Shown here: in pieces, positions 1 to 9,666 of the stretch | Layout: each line of letters opens with the position of its first letter | How positions within the stretch are numbered: the stretch's first letter is position 1 | DNA from: an uncultured Gammaproteobacteria bacterium | GTDB taxonomy: Bacteria > Pseudomonadota > Gammaproteobacteria > GCA-001735895 | Assembly: GCA_963768295.1 (NCBI GenBank) | Contig: CAVYHN010000027.1 | Location: 127,009 to 191,008, forward strand | Reading direction: 5' to 3' | Length of the DNA stretch: 64,000 nucleotides | Notes under the pieces: model-generated | What the model saw: only the letters and a program-made list of their open reading frames with translations | What the model was told of the DNA's origin: nothing | The model's database searches: none | Program-made: the position numbers and the translations under genes

Positions 1-833
1 GAAATTCTGCGGAAATGGTCGCGCGTCAGGCGGAAACTGCCGAGGCTGACCGAGTGTAATTTTTGCGCGTCAATTTCAGCAAATACCTGGTCGAGTAAAT
101 CGACGAAGGCGGTCTGGTATTGGCGGTGATAAACGACCGGGTCGAAACGCAATCCCACCAGCCAGCCGGCTTCGATCAGTCGACGCATCGCCTCGATTCG
201 TTTTGCGATCGAAGGCACGCCGTTTTCGAGTTTGCTATGGCTGAACTGGTCGCTGAAGCTGAACGCGGTTACGACACGCGCGACTGGTTCCATCTTGAGC
301 ATCGAGCGCACCTGGGTGCTTTTGGTGCGCAGTTCCATCCAGGCATTGTCGATGGCCGCAACAAGCGGGATAAAATAATCGGTGAAGCGTGTCATCGGTT
401 CATTCGCCAGGCTGTCGCAGTCATAACCCGAGTAAAACCATACCGGCTTGCCCTGGTGCAGCGCGGCGATCTGTCTGATCTGGTCACCGAAGTCTTCATA
501 ATTGACGAACAGCACCTGGTGCGCGGACTGGTACATGCCCTGTAAAAAACAGTAGCGACAGTCGTAGAGGCAGTTGAGCATATGCGAAAAATAATAATTG
601 TAATCACCCCCGAGTCCGTAACCCTCGGGTGCCGCCAGTACCTGTCCCTTGTTCTTGTGGGCGATTATTATCGCCGGATTCTTTTTCTGTAAGCGGAAGT
701 TCTGTGAGCGCGGATTGAAGACCTCGCCATAGTGCTCGATTTCTATCCGCGGCAGTTTATGCAGGCGTTCGAGCAACTGCTGCGTGCGTGGGTGATTGCG
801 CACCGCCGTTTCCACGTAAACACAGCTAACCAC
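1..833 (-). CDS. Radical SAM protein, spore-photoproduct-lyase (SPL)-like family. It is partial: the C-terminus runs off the left edge.
   Basis: Minus-strand translation from GTG at 833 gives VVSCVYVETAVRNHPRTQQLLERLHKLP...FSHMLNCLYDCRYCFLQGMY with a CxxxCxxC radical-SAM cysteine motif. The ORF stays open to position 1. Confidence 0.55.
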   Translation of the reverse strand, partial: MVSCVYVETAVRNHPRTQQLLERLHKLPRIEIEHYGEVFNPRSQNFRLQKKNPAIIIAHKNKGQVLAAPEGYGLGGDYNYYFSHMLNCLYDCRYCFLQGMYQSAHQVLFVNYEDFGDQIRQIAALHQGKPVWFYSGYDCDSLANEPMTRFTDYFIPLVAAIDNAWMELRTKSTQVRSMLKMEPVARVVTAFSFSDQFSHSKLENGVPSIAKRIEAMRRLIEAGWLVGLRFDPVVYHRQYQTAFVDLLDQVFAEIDAQKLHSVSLGSFRLTRDHFRRI

Positions 834-835
834 GA

Positions 836-1645
836 TTACAAATCCTCGCTATCGCGAAAGCTGATTTGTTCCAGGGCCTGAATCATCGAACGGGCGGAAC
901 TTTGTGACGCCAGCTGCCCCAGCAGAGACTCGGCACTGAAATTACGATTACCCAGGTAGCGCCATAAAACCCGTAATTGGTTTTTCTGAGTTTGCGTGAA
1001 ATGCGCCATCGATAAAAGCTGTTGCCAGGCTTCGGGCGCAAGCTCCAGCGCCGCGATTTCCCGCCTGAGTTCGAGTAATGCTTGTGCCTGCCGATCGATC
1101 GAATCGATATGCTGTTGCACCAGTTCACTCACCCGCTGACGATTTTTACCCGTTTGCTGCCTGCGATTGTCGCTGACAATCTTCAGGCTCTGGGTTAACT
1201 CGGCGCTACTGAAACGCAGGGCAGCGTGTATGAAACCGCTGGCTTCCATGTCGAACAGGGTGTCATCCCGGTAGTTGTCACTGGGCTGGCCCAGGGTCAG
1301 GCAGGCGCTGCCCGCCAGCGACGAAGCTGCCACGGGGGCCGGGTAGTAACGCTGGCCGCTATCGGCATCGACCACCTTGTTCAGCAAAAACAAATCTCCC
1401 ATATCGTGCTCGGCGGCGCCGGCGACGCCCAGGTTAATCCAGGCAATCGAGCTTGCGTCGGGATTACTTGCCGCGATCCACGCGCTGGCCGCGGCGCTTG
1501 CGATCTTGCCGATTCCGCTGATGATACAAACCATATCGTCGCCATGGTAAACATCGAATGCCCGCGCATCATGCGATTTCTTCAAGCGGTAATAATCGAT
1601 TACGGGTTTGGCCTCGCAATGCAGTGCGCATACCCAGATCAGCAT
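836..1645 (-). CDS. PNP/MTA-nucleosidase family phosphorylase (hopanoid-associated HpnG-like)
   Basis: 269 aa, MLIWVCALHCEAKPVIDYY...GIGKIAS...GVAGA; resembles the PNP_UDP_1 fold. Its stop overlaps the downstream radical SAM start. Confidence 0.5.
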   Translation of the reverse strand: MLIWVCALHCEAKPVIDYYRLKKSHDARAFDVYHGDDMVCIISGIGKIASAAASAWIAASNPDASSIAWINLGVAGAAEHDMGDLFLLNKVVDADSGQRYYPAPVAASSLAGSACLTLGQPSDNYRDDTLFDMEASGFIHAALRFSSAELTQSLKIVSDNRRQQTGKNRQRVSELVQQHIDSIDRQAQALLELRREIAALELAPEAWQQLLSMAHFTQTQKNQLRVLWRYLGNRNFSAESLLGQLASQSSARSMIQALEQISFRDSEDL

Positions 1646-2484
1646 GACGATGCAGCCGGCGCGGTTTTACACCACTGTTCGCGCAAGGGCGCAAACTCTT
1701 CGATCAGTTGCTGGTTGCCGTGTTTGATGGCGCCCCTGAGCAGGATATCGAGCTTTGCCGACAACGTGGCCGCCGCCGCTGCCTGCTGATCGGTCGATAG
1801 ATTTTCTCCGGCGAGCAGTCGATGCAGAGCGCGGACGCGAAACTGATCCATCACCGGATGCTGGCGCGACAACTGGTCGGCGTGGCCGCCATACTTGACG
1901 ATCAGGGCCTGGTCGAGATAGCACACCGGGTAGCGATGGCATAGCCGCAGCCATAAGTCATAGTCTTCGCAGGCGGGAAGGGTTTCGTCGAACAGGCCGA
2001 GTTCCAGCAGCACTGCTTTTTTGATCACCGAGGCGGACGGGGAGATAGCGCATAGCGGCAGGCATTGTTCGAAAATCCAGCCACCGCTTTTACGATGCTT
2101 GTTCATCGGATTGACGCGGACACCGCTGCGCATCCAGATCTCATCGGAGTGGAACAACACGAATTCGGGCTGTTGCCGCTGCGTATCTCGAATTTTTTCT
2201 AGCTTGTCGGGCAGCCAGCGGTCGTCTGAGTCCAGCAACGCTATCCATTCGCAGCCGGCCGCCTCGATACCCCGATTACGCGCGGCGCTGACCCCGAGAT
2301 TCGGCTGGCGCATGATCTTCACCTCGGGAAACGCGCGCGCGACCATGGCGGCGCTGCCATCGGTCGAACCATCGTCGACCAGAATGACTTCATCGGCCTC
2401 TGAGCATTGCTGGTACACCGACTGCAGCGCGCGTTCAAGCGTATGTTTGCGATTGTAGCTAGGTATGACGACGGAGATTTGCAT
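1639..2484 (-). CDS. Family 2 glycosyltransferase
   Basis: MQISVVIPSYNRKHTLERALQSV...DDGSTDGS, a GT2 N-terminal signature with a DxD region (LDSDD). Confidence 0.8.
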   Translation of the reverse strand: MQISVVIPSYNRKHTLERALQSVYQQCSEADEVILVDDGSTDGSAAMVARAFPEVKIMRQPNLGVSAARNRGIEAAGCEWIALLDSDDRWLPDKLEKIRDTQRQQPEFVLFHSDEIWMRSGVRVNPMNKHRKSGGWIFEQCLPLCAISPSASVIKKAVLLELGLFDETLPACEDYDLWLRLCHRYPVCYLDQALIVKYGGHADQLSRQHPVMDQFRVRALHRLLAGENLSTDQQAAAAATLSAKLDILLRGAIKHGNQQLIEEFAPLREQWCKTAPAASSC

Positions 2485-2507
2485 GGCTGCCGGCGGCAGG
2501 GATCCGC

Positions 2508-2840
2508 TCAGGAATTCTGCGGGATGCTGGACTGCCCCGGGAAATTGGTGACGCTAGTGCCGTCACTGTCGAGGATGCGGTTCTTGCCGCTACGCTCGAC
2601 TTCGTCGATACGAATTACGGCGAAATGGGGGATATAGGTATGCTTGACGTTGGCAAATTCGAGCTTAAGTTTTTCCTCGGCCGGATCGATCAGCAGCCTG
2701 GACTGCTCGCCAAAGATGATTTCGCCAATCTCGATAAAACCCGCCATCTGCGACTGGCTGACCTGATGCGCATAGAGTTCATAAATCCTGTTGTTGTTAT
2801 GAAACTGGATGCGGAAAGTTGGCTTCGATGATTTGGGCAT
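2508..2840 (-). CDS. DUF1820-family small protein
   Basis: 110 aa; YELYAHQVSQS...FIEIGEIIFGEQSRLLIDPAEEKLK...HFAVIRIDEV matches a conserved gammaproteobacterial DUF1820 pattern. Confidence 0.5.
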   Translation of the reverse strand: MPKSSKPTFRIQFHNNNRIYELYAHQVSQSQMAGFIEIGEIIFGEQSRLLIDPAEEKLKLEFANVKHTYIPHFAVIRIDEVERSGKNRILDSDGTSVTNFPGQSSIPQNS

Positions 2841-2849
2841 GATGAGAAA

Positions 2850-3110
2850 CTAATCCGACTGCATCAACTCGTCAAGCTCGCCGTCCATGTGGAGTTCGGT
2901 CAGTTCGGTAAAACCGCCTATGGGTCGGCCGTCGATGACGATTTGCGGGACGGTGCGCGCGCCGTTGGTAACCGCGAGAAATTCTTGCATCGCGGCATCG
3001 TCCCCATCGATGCGAACCTCTTCGTAATCGATATCCCATTTCTCCAGCATGGTTTTTGCCCGCGTGCAGAAGGCGCAGTGGGCGGTGCTATAAACGGTAA
3101 CTCGGGACAT
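2850..3110 (-). CDS. grxC: Glutaredoxin (Grx3-like) with a CAFC active site
   Basis: MSRVTVYSTAHCAFCTRAK...TVPQIVIDGRPIGG, a Grx fold with a CxxC motif. Start taken at the internal Met. Confidence 0.75.
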   Translation of the reverse strand: MSRVTVYSTAHCAFCTRAKTMLEKWDIDYEEVRIDGDDAAMQEFLAVTNGARTVPQIVIDGRPIGGFTELTELHMDGELDELMQSD

Positions 3111-3194
3111 CAATCCTGGCCTCATGATTTCGGGAGCGCAATTCTACTACAGATTTTTATAACTGCCATAGTCCGCGCGTGAGAGCCTGGCCGA

Positions 3195-5669
3195 CTAGCT
3201 GGAACTCTTGATCGCGAGAATCGCCTGGTTGCGCAGGGTTTTAAGCAAGCTGAGCTGGCTATCGGTAATGTTGATCGATTCCGCGTCGGCGCTATCGATG
3301 TAAATCATCGCGATCGGCGCCTGTTTGACGATAATTGGGAAGATTGTAAAACTGCGCGCGGCAATGTTGTTATGGTACCAGGCGGGAATCTTGTCGTGGA
3401 TTTTTTCATCCCGAGTGTTGTCGATCCGAATATCGACGTTATTTTTAAAGGCCACGTGAAACACGTCCGATTGTGCTTGCAGCGGAATTGCGAAGTGTTC
3501 GATTATATTTTCAACGTCGTCGCCGTAACCAAAACGAGCCCTGATACTGTCGGTTTTTTTGTCTTTCAGGCATAACACCACGCGCGAGCCACCGAAGGCG
3601 CGATAAATGGTTTCCAGTATCATCTGCATGACCTGATTGATGCTGTACTCGCCGGTGAGCGTATTGGTGATATCCTGAATGCCGTCGGTAAGCACCTTGT
3701 CCACCGATTGGTTTTGCGGCGGGGCCAGTTCGACAAGGATTTCCACACTGTCGGTAACGCCGAATTCCTGCCGGGCGGCGTCCTGTGGAGCCTCGGGTTC
3801 CTGGTTGCCACTGGAAGAGATCTGCTGATAGTAAAGGCTTTTATCGAGGTCGAACTGGATCAGCCGGGAGAACTGGGTCAACTCCTTGTGACAGTTTTCC
3901 AGCAGCGCGGACACATTGCTCTCGTCGAGCGCGAGCGCCGCGGAGAATTGTTCCGCGAGGCGCTTGATTGCTGGCGCCTGCTGTTCCAGCGGTAAGGTCA
4001 GGCAGGCGCCAAGCGCGCTGCTGAACTGGGCGATCAAATGCAGGTTTTCCTCGGCGCTGCTCGCTGCGGGTAAATCGTCGAAGTCGAGCGGCAGCATGCT
4101 GTCGGTTATCAGCTTGGGGAAACCCCACTCGCGCGCCACCGACATGCCAAGGCGCGGGTAGCTGATGCCCAGCACCTGTATAACCGCCGCCGTCTCGCTA
4201 CAGTCCTGTCGCAACATCAGTTTGTCGATCGCGCGCGCTTCTTCGTGCAGGTAGAAGCGCACCAGCATTTTGCCGAGTTGTTGCAACAGGGCGCATAGAA
4301 ATGCTTCCTCGTGATTGGGGATATTGAGCCTGCGCGCCAACGAGTTTGCGAGCAGGCCGCTAAACAACGCCTGTACCGCATTCTCCTTGAGCTGTGAAGC
4401 CTGCAGTTTGTTCTGCATGTGCTCGAACAGCATCAGACCGGTGGCGATGCTGCGCACCGGATTGATGCCGAGCATGACAACGGCGCGCGAAATAGTGCTG
4501 ATCTTGCCGCCGCCACGGTTGTAGTAGGCCGAATTGACCAGGCGCAGCACCTTGTTGGTGAGCGAATAGTCTTTGAGAATGGTGTTGGAAACCGTGGTCA
4601 GGTTTTCGGTGTCGCTGGCCGAGGCCTGGTTTAAAACGCTGATGGTATGGGAAAAAGCCGGAAAGTCTTTCTTGTGACGCATGCGCCGCAACAAGAAGCT
4701 GACAGTGGCGCCACTATTGTCCCGCGCCGCCGCCACGTCATCCAGCGCGAGATAGTCGTTCAGCGCCTGTAGCATCGCATTAGCGTCCGGGAATCGTCGC
4801 TGCGGATTTTTTTCCAGCGATCTCAGGATTAATGCATCGAGACGTTCATCGACATCACTGTTTATTTTTGACGGCGGCTCGATCTGGCTATTGGCGATGG
4901 CGTTTAGCACCTGGTAGACGTCTTCACCACTAAACGCCGGTTTGCCGGTGAGTAGCTCGTAACACACCAGGCCGATCGAAAACACGTCGGATACCTTTTG
5001 ATGCTTGCGGGTCTCGATGTATTCCGGCGCCATGTATTGCGGCGTGCCATAGAGTGCGCCGTTGCTGCCGGCGGCGGCATCGGTAAGAAAGGCGAGTCCG
5101 AAATCGGCGATCTTGGCCTGCCCCTGTTCGCTGAGCATGATATTTGCGGGTTTAATGTCGCAATGCACGATACCCTGGCTATGCGCCGCGGCCGCACCGT
5201 TCAGAATATCGCGCATGATGCGAATTTTCCGGTCCATGTTGGCGCCGTGTCGAATTTGACTCTGCAGGGATTCACCGTCGATAAATTCGAACACCAGGAA
5301 GGGATTGTTGTCCTGCATGCCGATATCGAAAATGCTGACAATATTGGTATGTTGCAGTTTGCTGACGGTGCGGGCTTCGGCGAGAAATTGCTCGATGTTG
5401 CCATCGAGGCGCAATCCGGATTTCAAATTTACCGATTTGATTGCGACCTTGCGCTTCAGATCTGGATCGTGCGCCAGATATACGATTCCCTGGCTGCCCT
5501 TGCCGAGCACCTGCTGGATGTTGAAACGATCTATTTTTGGGGGGAAACTGGCTGCCACGTCAAACTGCAAAACCTTATCGGGTGTTTGAAGTATAGACGC
5601 CTGCTCGGACTCTGCCGCCCTTAGCCGGGTTCCTGTACCAGCACCCAGGGCTTTACCACCACGGCCCAC
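3195..5669 (-). CDS. Multidomain signalling protein: N-terminal Ser/Thr protein kinase, then an HDOD domain, then a C-terminal GAF-like domain
   Basis: Kinase motifs GKGSQGIVYLA, HCDIKPANIML, ADFG, APE; HDOD signature NKVLRLVNSAYY...ISTISRAVVMLGINPVRS; C-terminal GAF-like region. Confidence 0.75.
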   Translation of the reverse strand: MGRGGKALGAGTGTRLRAAESEQASILQTPDKVLQFDVAASFPPKIDRFNIQQVLGKGSQGIVYLAHDPDLKRKVAIKSVNLKSGLRLDGNIEQFLAEARTVSKLQHTNIVSIFDIGMQDNNPFLVFEFIDGESLQSQIRHGANMDRKIRIMRDILNGAAAAHSQGIVHCDIKPANIMLSEQGQAKIADFGLAFLTDAAAGSNGALYGTPQYMAPEYIETRKHQKVSDVFSIGLVCYELLTGKPAFSGEDVYQVLNAIANSQIEPPSKINSDVDERLDALILRSLEKNPQRRFPDANAMLQALNDYLALDDVAAARDNSGATVSFLLRRMRHKKDFPAFSHTISVLNQASASDTENLTTVSNTILKDYSLTNKVLRLVNSAYYNRGGGKISTISRAVVMLGINPVRSIATGLMLFEHMQNKLQASQLKENAVQALFSGLLANSLARRLNIPNHEEAFLCALLQQLGKMLVRFYLHEEARAIDKLMLRQDCSETAAVIQVLGISYPRLGMSVAREWGFPKLITDSMLPLDFDDLPAASSAEENLHLIAQFSSALGACLTLPLEQQAPAIKRLAEQFSAALALDESNVSALLENCHKELTQFSRLIQFDLDKSLYYQQISSSGNQEPEAPQDAARQEFGVTDSVEILVELAPPQNQSVDKVLTDGIQDITNTLTGEYSINQVMQMILETIYRAFGGSRVVLCLKDKKTDSIRARFGYGDDVENIIEHFAIPLQAQSDVFHVAFKNNVDIRIDNTRDEKIHDKIPAWYHNNIAARSFTIFPIIVKQAPIAMIYIDSADAESINITDSQLSLLKTLRNQAILAIKSSS

Positions 5670-5935
5670 AGTGAAGCTTCATTGCTGACCCAGGCGCGCG
5701 CCTGGTCGTCGGAGACTGGCCCCAACTGGTTCGCGACAGTCCATTCGTGGACCTGTTCGACGTCGTCCTGCTGCAGTGCGTAAGCCACGTCCACCAGGTC
5801 AAGCTCGGCGGACACCCGCATGACCTTGCCGGCGGCAAAGAAGCGTTGCAACTCCATCCACGGAATTTCTGCGGTTTCGCTATTGATTTTGGCTCGCTTG
5901 AGTTCGCGATCCTGGCGCAGCAGTTCCTCGATCAC
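5621..5935 (-). CDS. Small conserved hypothetical protein (DUF2288-like)
   Basis: 104-aa ORF. It overlaps the kinase start by 49 nt, so the start codon is uncertain. Confidence 0.4.
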   Translation of the reverse strand: MIEELLRQDRELKRAKINSETAEIPWMELQRFFAAGKVMRVSAELDLVDVAYALQQDDVEQVHEWTVANQLGPVSDDQARAWVSNEASLWAVVVKPWVLVQEPG

Positions 5936-6861
5936 GCGACGGACTGAATGATATCGACGCCGTCCAGCGGGGTAGATTGAATGGTATCCCGGACGGTGAA
6001 AATGGCTTCCTTGCGCGGGTAGTGTTTACGCCAGGCAATCGCCACGGTACGGCTCGGTGAAGGTTTGGAAAACGGCTTGATGTCGATCAGCGCCTCGTTC
6101 TTGTGGCTTTGCGTGACACTGGTGCGCGGCAACACCGTAATGCCAGTGCCGGCTGCCACCATATGGCGTATGGTTTCCAGCGAACCACCTTCGAGGGTAC
6201 GCGTCAGTTCGCTATCGCCCGACATGCAATCGGGGCAGGCCTGAATCACCTGGTCACGAAAGCAGTGCCCGGCACCCAGCAACATCAAATCCTGGGATGC
6301 CAGATCCTCCGGTCGAATCTCCTCGCGTTGTTTCCACTCGTGGTTGCGCGGCAGGGCAACGATGAAGGGTTCGTCGTATAGCGGCGCGGTTTCGATCCCG
6401 GGCTCGTCGAAGGGGTAGGAGATGATGATTGCGTCGAGCGCGCCCTGCTTGAGCGACTGAAACAGATTGGCGGTGAAGTTTTCCTCGATAATCAGCTTCA
6501 GGTTGGGAGCGGTCTTGCGCAGTTTCGGGATCAGGCTGGGTAACAGGTAGGGTCCGATGGTGTAGATCACACCCAGCTTGAACTGTCCGGACAGGGGGTC
6601 TTTCCCCTGCTGTGCGATTTCGGTCAGGATCTGCGCCTCCTGCAGCACGATATAGGCCTGGTTGATAATTTGCTGGCCGATTTCGGTGATGCGGATTTCA
6701 TTCTTGGAGCTGCGTTCGAACAGGCGAACACCGAGCTCCTCTTCCAGTTTCTTTATCGCGATACTTAAGGTAGGCTGGCTCACGAAACAGGCCTGAGCGG
6801 CCTTACCGAAATGATTCTTTTGCGATACCGCGACGATGTACCGGAGTTCGGTTAGAGTCAT
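5932..6861 (-). CDS. oxyR: LysR-family regulator, OxyR-like
   Basis: MTLTELRYIVAVSQ...FGKAAQACFVSQPTLSIAIKKLEEELGV plus a GHCFRDQ redox-cysteine region homologous to OxyR C199. Confidence 0.75.
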   Translation of the reverse strand: MTLTELRYIVAVSQKNHFGKAAQACFVSQPTLSIAIKKLEEELGVRLFERSSKNEIRITEIGQQIINQAYIVLQEAQILTEIAQQGKDPLSGQFKLGVIYTIGPYLLPSLIPKLRKTAPNLKLIIEENFTANLFQSLKQGALDAIIISYPFDEPGIETAPLYDEPFIVALPRNHEWKQREEIRPEDLASQDLMLLGAGHCFRDQVIQACPDCMSGDSELTRTLEGGSLETIRHMVAAGTGITVLPRTSVTQSHKNEALIDIKPFSKPSPSRTVAIAWRKHYPRKEAIFTVRDTIQSTPLDGVDIIQSVA

Positions 6862-6932
6862 AATAGTTAAAATTTATTGATCTGATCGATAGATTTTGCA
6901 TAAAACGATCTTGTTTGCAATCAATAATCGCT

Positions 6933-7382
6933 ATGAAAAAAATTCTCCTCAAATTTTTAACGATCGAGTCGATTGAATCTGACCCGATTAATCTGGAACA
7001 CGCCTTGCGGGTCGCCACCGCGGTTTTGCTGGTCGAGGTCGCGCGTGCCGACTTCATCGTTCAGCCCGCCGAAAAGGCGCGCTTGCGAGAATTGCTGGAG
7101 CGGCAGTTCAGCCTGTCGACGGCGGAACTCGCTGCGTTGATGGAGGAAGCCGAAGCCGATGCCGACCGCCTGGTTTCGCTGCAGCATATTACACGCCTGT
7201 TAAACGAACACTATGACCACGCGATGAAACTGCGGGTGGTCGAGATGATGTGGCAACTGGTGTATGCCGACGGTAACAAGGACCATTACGAAGAGCACCT
7301 GATACGCCAGGTCGCTGATCTGCTCTATGTTTCACACGGCGAGTTCATTCAGGCTCGCCACAAGGCTGAGGGGCAGTCCTGA
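6933..7382 (+). CDS. TerB-family (tellurite-resistance-like, DjlA N-domain-like) protein
   Basis: The region ALRVATAVLLVEVARADF...EKARLRELL...LVYADG fits the TerB fold. Divergently transcribed from oxyR. Confidence 0.55.
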   Translation: MKKILLKFLTIESIESDPINLEHALRVATAVLLVEVARADFIVQPAEKARLRELLERQFSLSTAELAALMEEAEADADRLVSLQHITRLLNEHYDHAMKLRVVEMMWQLVYADGNKDHYEEHLIRQVADLLYVSHGEFIQARHKAEGQS

Positions 7383-7424
7383 TCTCCCTTCGAAGAAGGT
7401 TGCAACATTCTCGGTCGGAGCGAC

Positions 7425-8030
7425 CTAGAAATTACCCAGGTAGACGATTGGCGGCACGATCAGCATCTTCGCTACCAGTATCAGCAGGGTTGCGAGCAGT
7501 GGCGACAGATCGAGCCCCCCGATCGGCGGCAGAAATTTTCGCATCGGCCTGAGCACAGGTTCTGCGATCTTGTCGACCAGCCCGATCACGGGGTTGTATT
7601 GCCCCGGGCTAATCCAGCTGAGGATGACTTTGATGATTACCGCGACCAGGAAAACCGTCAGCACCAGGGCGATCAGGTCGGCAATGCAAAACACCAGTAA
7701 ACCGCCATAGCTGGTCCCGCTAATCGGCGCCATAACTCCGCCGATTTGAACCGCGGGAATCGAGAGTACGCGCATCAGTAGAAATTTGGCATATATCAAT
7801 AGCAGGCAAAGCGCGATCGCCGCGGCATCCTGGCCCGCGACGCTGGGGATGAAGCGGCGCAGGATGCGGAGCGGCGGCGTTGTCAGCTTGACGATGAACT
7901 GTGAAACCGGGTTGTAAAAATCGGCGCGTAGCATTTGCAGCAGGAAACGCAGCAGCACCAGTAGAATGTAAAGGTCGAACAGCGTGTTAATGATCAGCAT
8001 TAAAGGTGATGTCAGATATCCGGAACCCAT
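7425..8030 (-). CDS. yggT: YggT-family membrane protein
   Basis: Two YGGT repeats. Order yggT-proC-yggS matches Pseudomonas synteny. Confidence 0.8.
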   Translation of the reverse strand: MGSGYLTSPLMLIINTLFDLYILLVLLRFLLQMLRADFYNPVSQFIVKLTTPPLRILRRFIPSVAGQDAAAIALCLLLIYAKFLLMRVLSIPAVQIGGVMAPISGTSYGGLLVFCIADLIALVLTVFLVAVIIKVILSWISPGQYNPVIGLVDKIAEPVLRPMRKFLPPIGGLDLSPLLATLLILVAKMLIVPPIVYLGNF

Positions 8031-8035
8031 TTTGC

Positions 8036-8854
8036 CTAGCCTCCAGTTAATTCACGCGCCAACTCTTGCGCACGGTTATGGGCCGCCGCGGTGGCGTCGT
8101 CCACCAGTCGCTCGAGCTGATTATGCTGAAACGAAAGAATCGCCTGCTCGGTGGTGCCTTTTTTCGAGGTTACCTGCGCGCGCAGTTTGACCACGTCTTC
8201 TTCCAGCGCCATGCTGGCGGCACCGAGAGCGGTCTGGCGCGCGAGGCGGGCCGCAGTTGCCTGCGTTAAACCGAGTTTGACGCCGGCGGCCTCGAGCAAT
8301 TCGATAAAGTAAAAAAAGTAGGCAGGGCCACTACCCGATATCGCGGTTACGGCATCGAGATCGGCCTCGGCATCGACCCAGATACTGATGCCTACCGCCT
8401 GCATGATTTTTTCGGCCGTCGATTTCTGGCTTGCGCTAACCCGCGAGTTGGCGGCCAGGCCGGTGGCGCCGAGTTGCAGTAGCGACGGCGTATTGGGCAT
8501 GCAGCGCACGATGGTCCGGCCGCCACCTAACCAGTTATCGATTGCATCGATGGGTATGCCGGCGGCGATACTGACGAACATTTGCTCGGGCCTGGTCGGC
8601 AAAGCGGAAAGCTGTTGGCAGACGACCTGCATGACCTGGGGTTTGACCGCGAGCATTACCACCTCGGCCGCGCGCGCGCCGTCGAGGGTATCTTGCGAAG
8701 TGCCGATACTGAATCGATCCTGCAGTTGCTGCAGTTGCGCCGCATCGATGTCACAGGCGCTAAGCGCCGCGCTGTCGTAGTAGTTTGCTATCAGCCCACC
8801 GATCAGGCTGGTCGCCATATTGCCCGCGCCGATAAAGCAAATATTCTGATTCAA
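8036..8854 (-). CDS. proC: Pyrroline-5-carboxylate reductase
   Basis: MNQNICFIGAGNMATSLIGGL, an NADP-binding P5CR signature; 272 aa. Confidence 0.9.
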   Translation of the reverse strand: MNQNICFIGAGNMATSLIGGLIANYYDSAALSACDIDAAQLQQLQDRFSIGTSQDTLDGARAAEVVMLAVKPQVMQVVCQQLSALPTRPEQMFVSIAAGIPIDAIDNWLGGGRTIVRCMPNTPSLLQLGATGLAANSRVSASQKSTAEKIMQAVGISIWVDAEADLDAVTAISGSGPAYFFYFIELLEAAGVKLGLTQATAARLARQTALGAASMALEEDVVKLRAQVTSKKGTTEQAILSFQHNQLERLVDDATAAAHNRAQELARELTGG

Positions 8855-9534
8855 GTTCTTTCCCCGAAAATCGCGGTGCCAATCCTGACCAGGGTGGAAC
8901 CTTCCGCGATCGCGGCCTCCATATCCTGGGTCATGCCCATCGACAAGGTATCACAGTCGATTCCCTGCTGTCGCAGCGAAGCCAGCGCCGCCGCCAGTTG
9001 CGCAAAGGCGAGACGCTGCTCGGCAAAGGTTTCACGCGGCGCCGGGATGGTCATCAGCCCACGCAGGCGTATGCCGGGTAACTGGTGAATCGCGGCCGCC
9101 AGTTCGGGGATCGCGTCGAGTTCGATTCCAGCCTTGCTGTCTTCGTGATCGATATTGACCTGGATGCAGACGTTAAGCGGTTGCCTGTCCGCCGGGCGTT
9201 GTTCACTGAGCCGGCGCGCGATCTTGAGACGATCGATGCAGTGTGCCCAGTCGAAAGCCTCGGCGATATTGCGCGTCTTGTTGGACTGAATCGCACCGAT
9301 GAAATGCCAGCAAATGTCCAGATCAGCCAGTTCCTGCATTTTTTGCTGTGCTTCCTGCAGATAGTTTTCACCAAAATGCCTTTGTCCCAGTTCGAAGGCG
9401 TGACGTATATCACTGGCCGGTTTGCGCTTGCTGACGGCAAGCAGCAAAACCGAATCGGGATCGCGGCCGCAGGCCGTGGCGGCCTGCTCGATCTGGCTGT
9501 GGATCTGATTTAGATTTTTTTCAATATTCTGCAT
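8851..9534 (-). CDS. yggS: YggS-family PLP-binding homeostasis protein
   Basis: LLAVSKRKP...GENYLQE, alanine-racemase-N fold; 227 aa. Confidence 0.9.
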   Translation of the reverse strand: MQNIEKNLNQIHSQIEQAATACGRDPDSVLLLAVSKRKPASDIRHAFELGQRHFGENYLQEAQQKMQELADLDICWHFIGAIQSNKTRNIAEAFDWAHCIDRLKIARRLSEQRPADRQPLNVCIQVNIDHEDSKAGIELDAIPELAAAIHQLPGIRLRGLMTIPAPRETFAEQRLAFAQLAAALASLRQQGIDCDTLSMGMTQDMEAAIAEGSTLVRIGTAIFGERT

Positions 9535-9666
9535 AGGCTTTGCTATAGTTGATCATGTTAACGCATTGCTATAGCGAGCCCCCGATTATAATCAGTTTGT
9601 TAGCAACCGATAAGCAAAACCCGTCAAGAATTCTATAATACCTGTAAACCGATTTAAGGAAACTTC

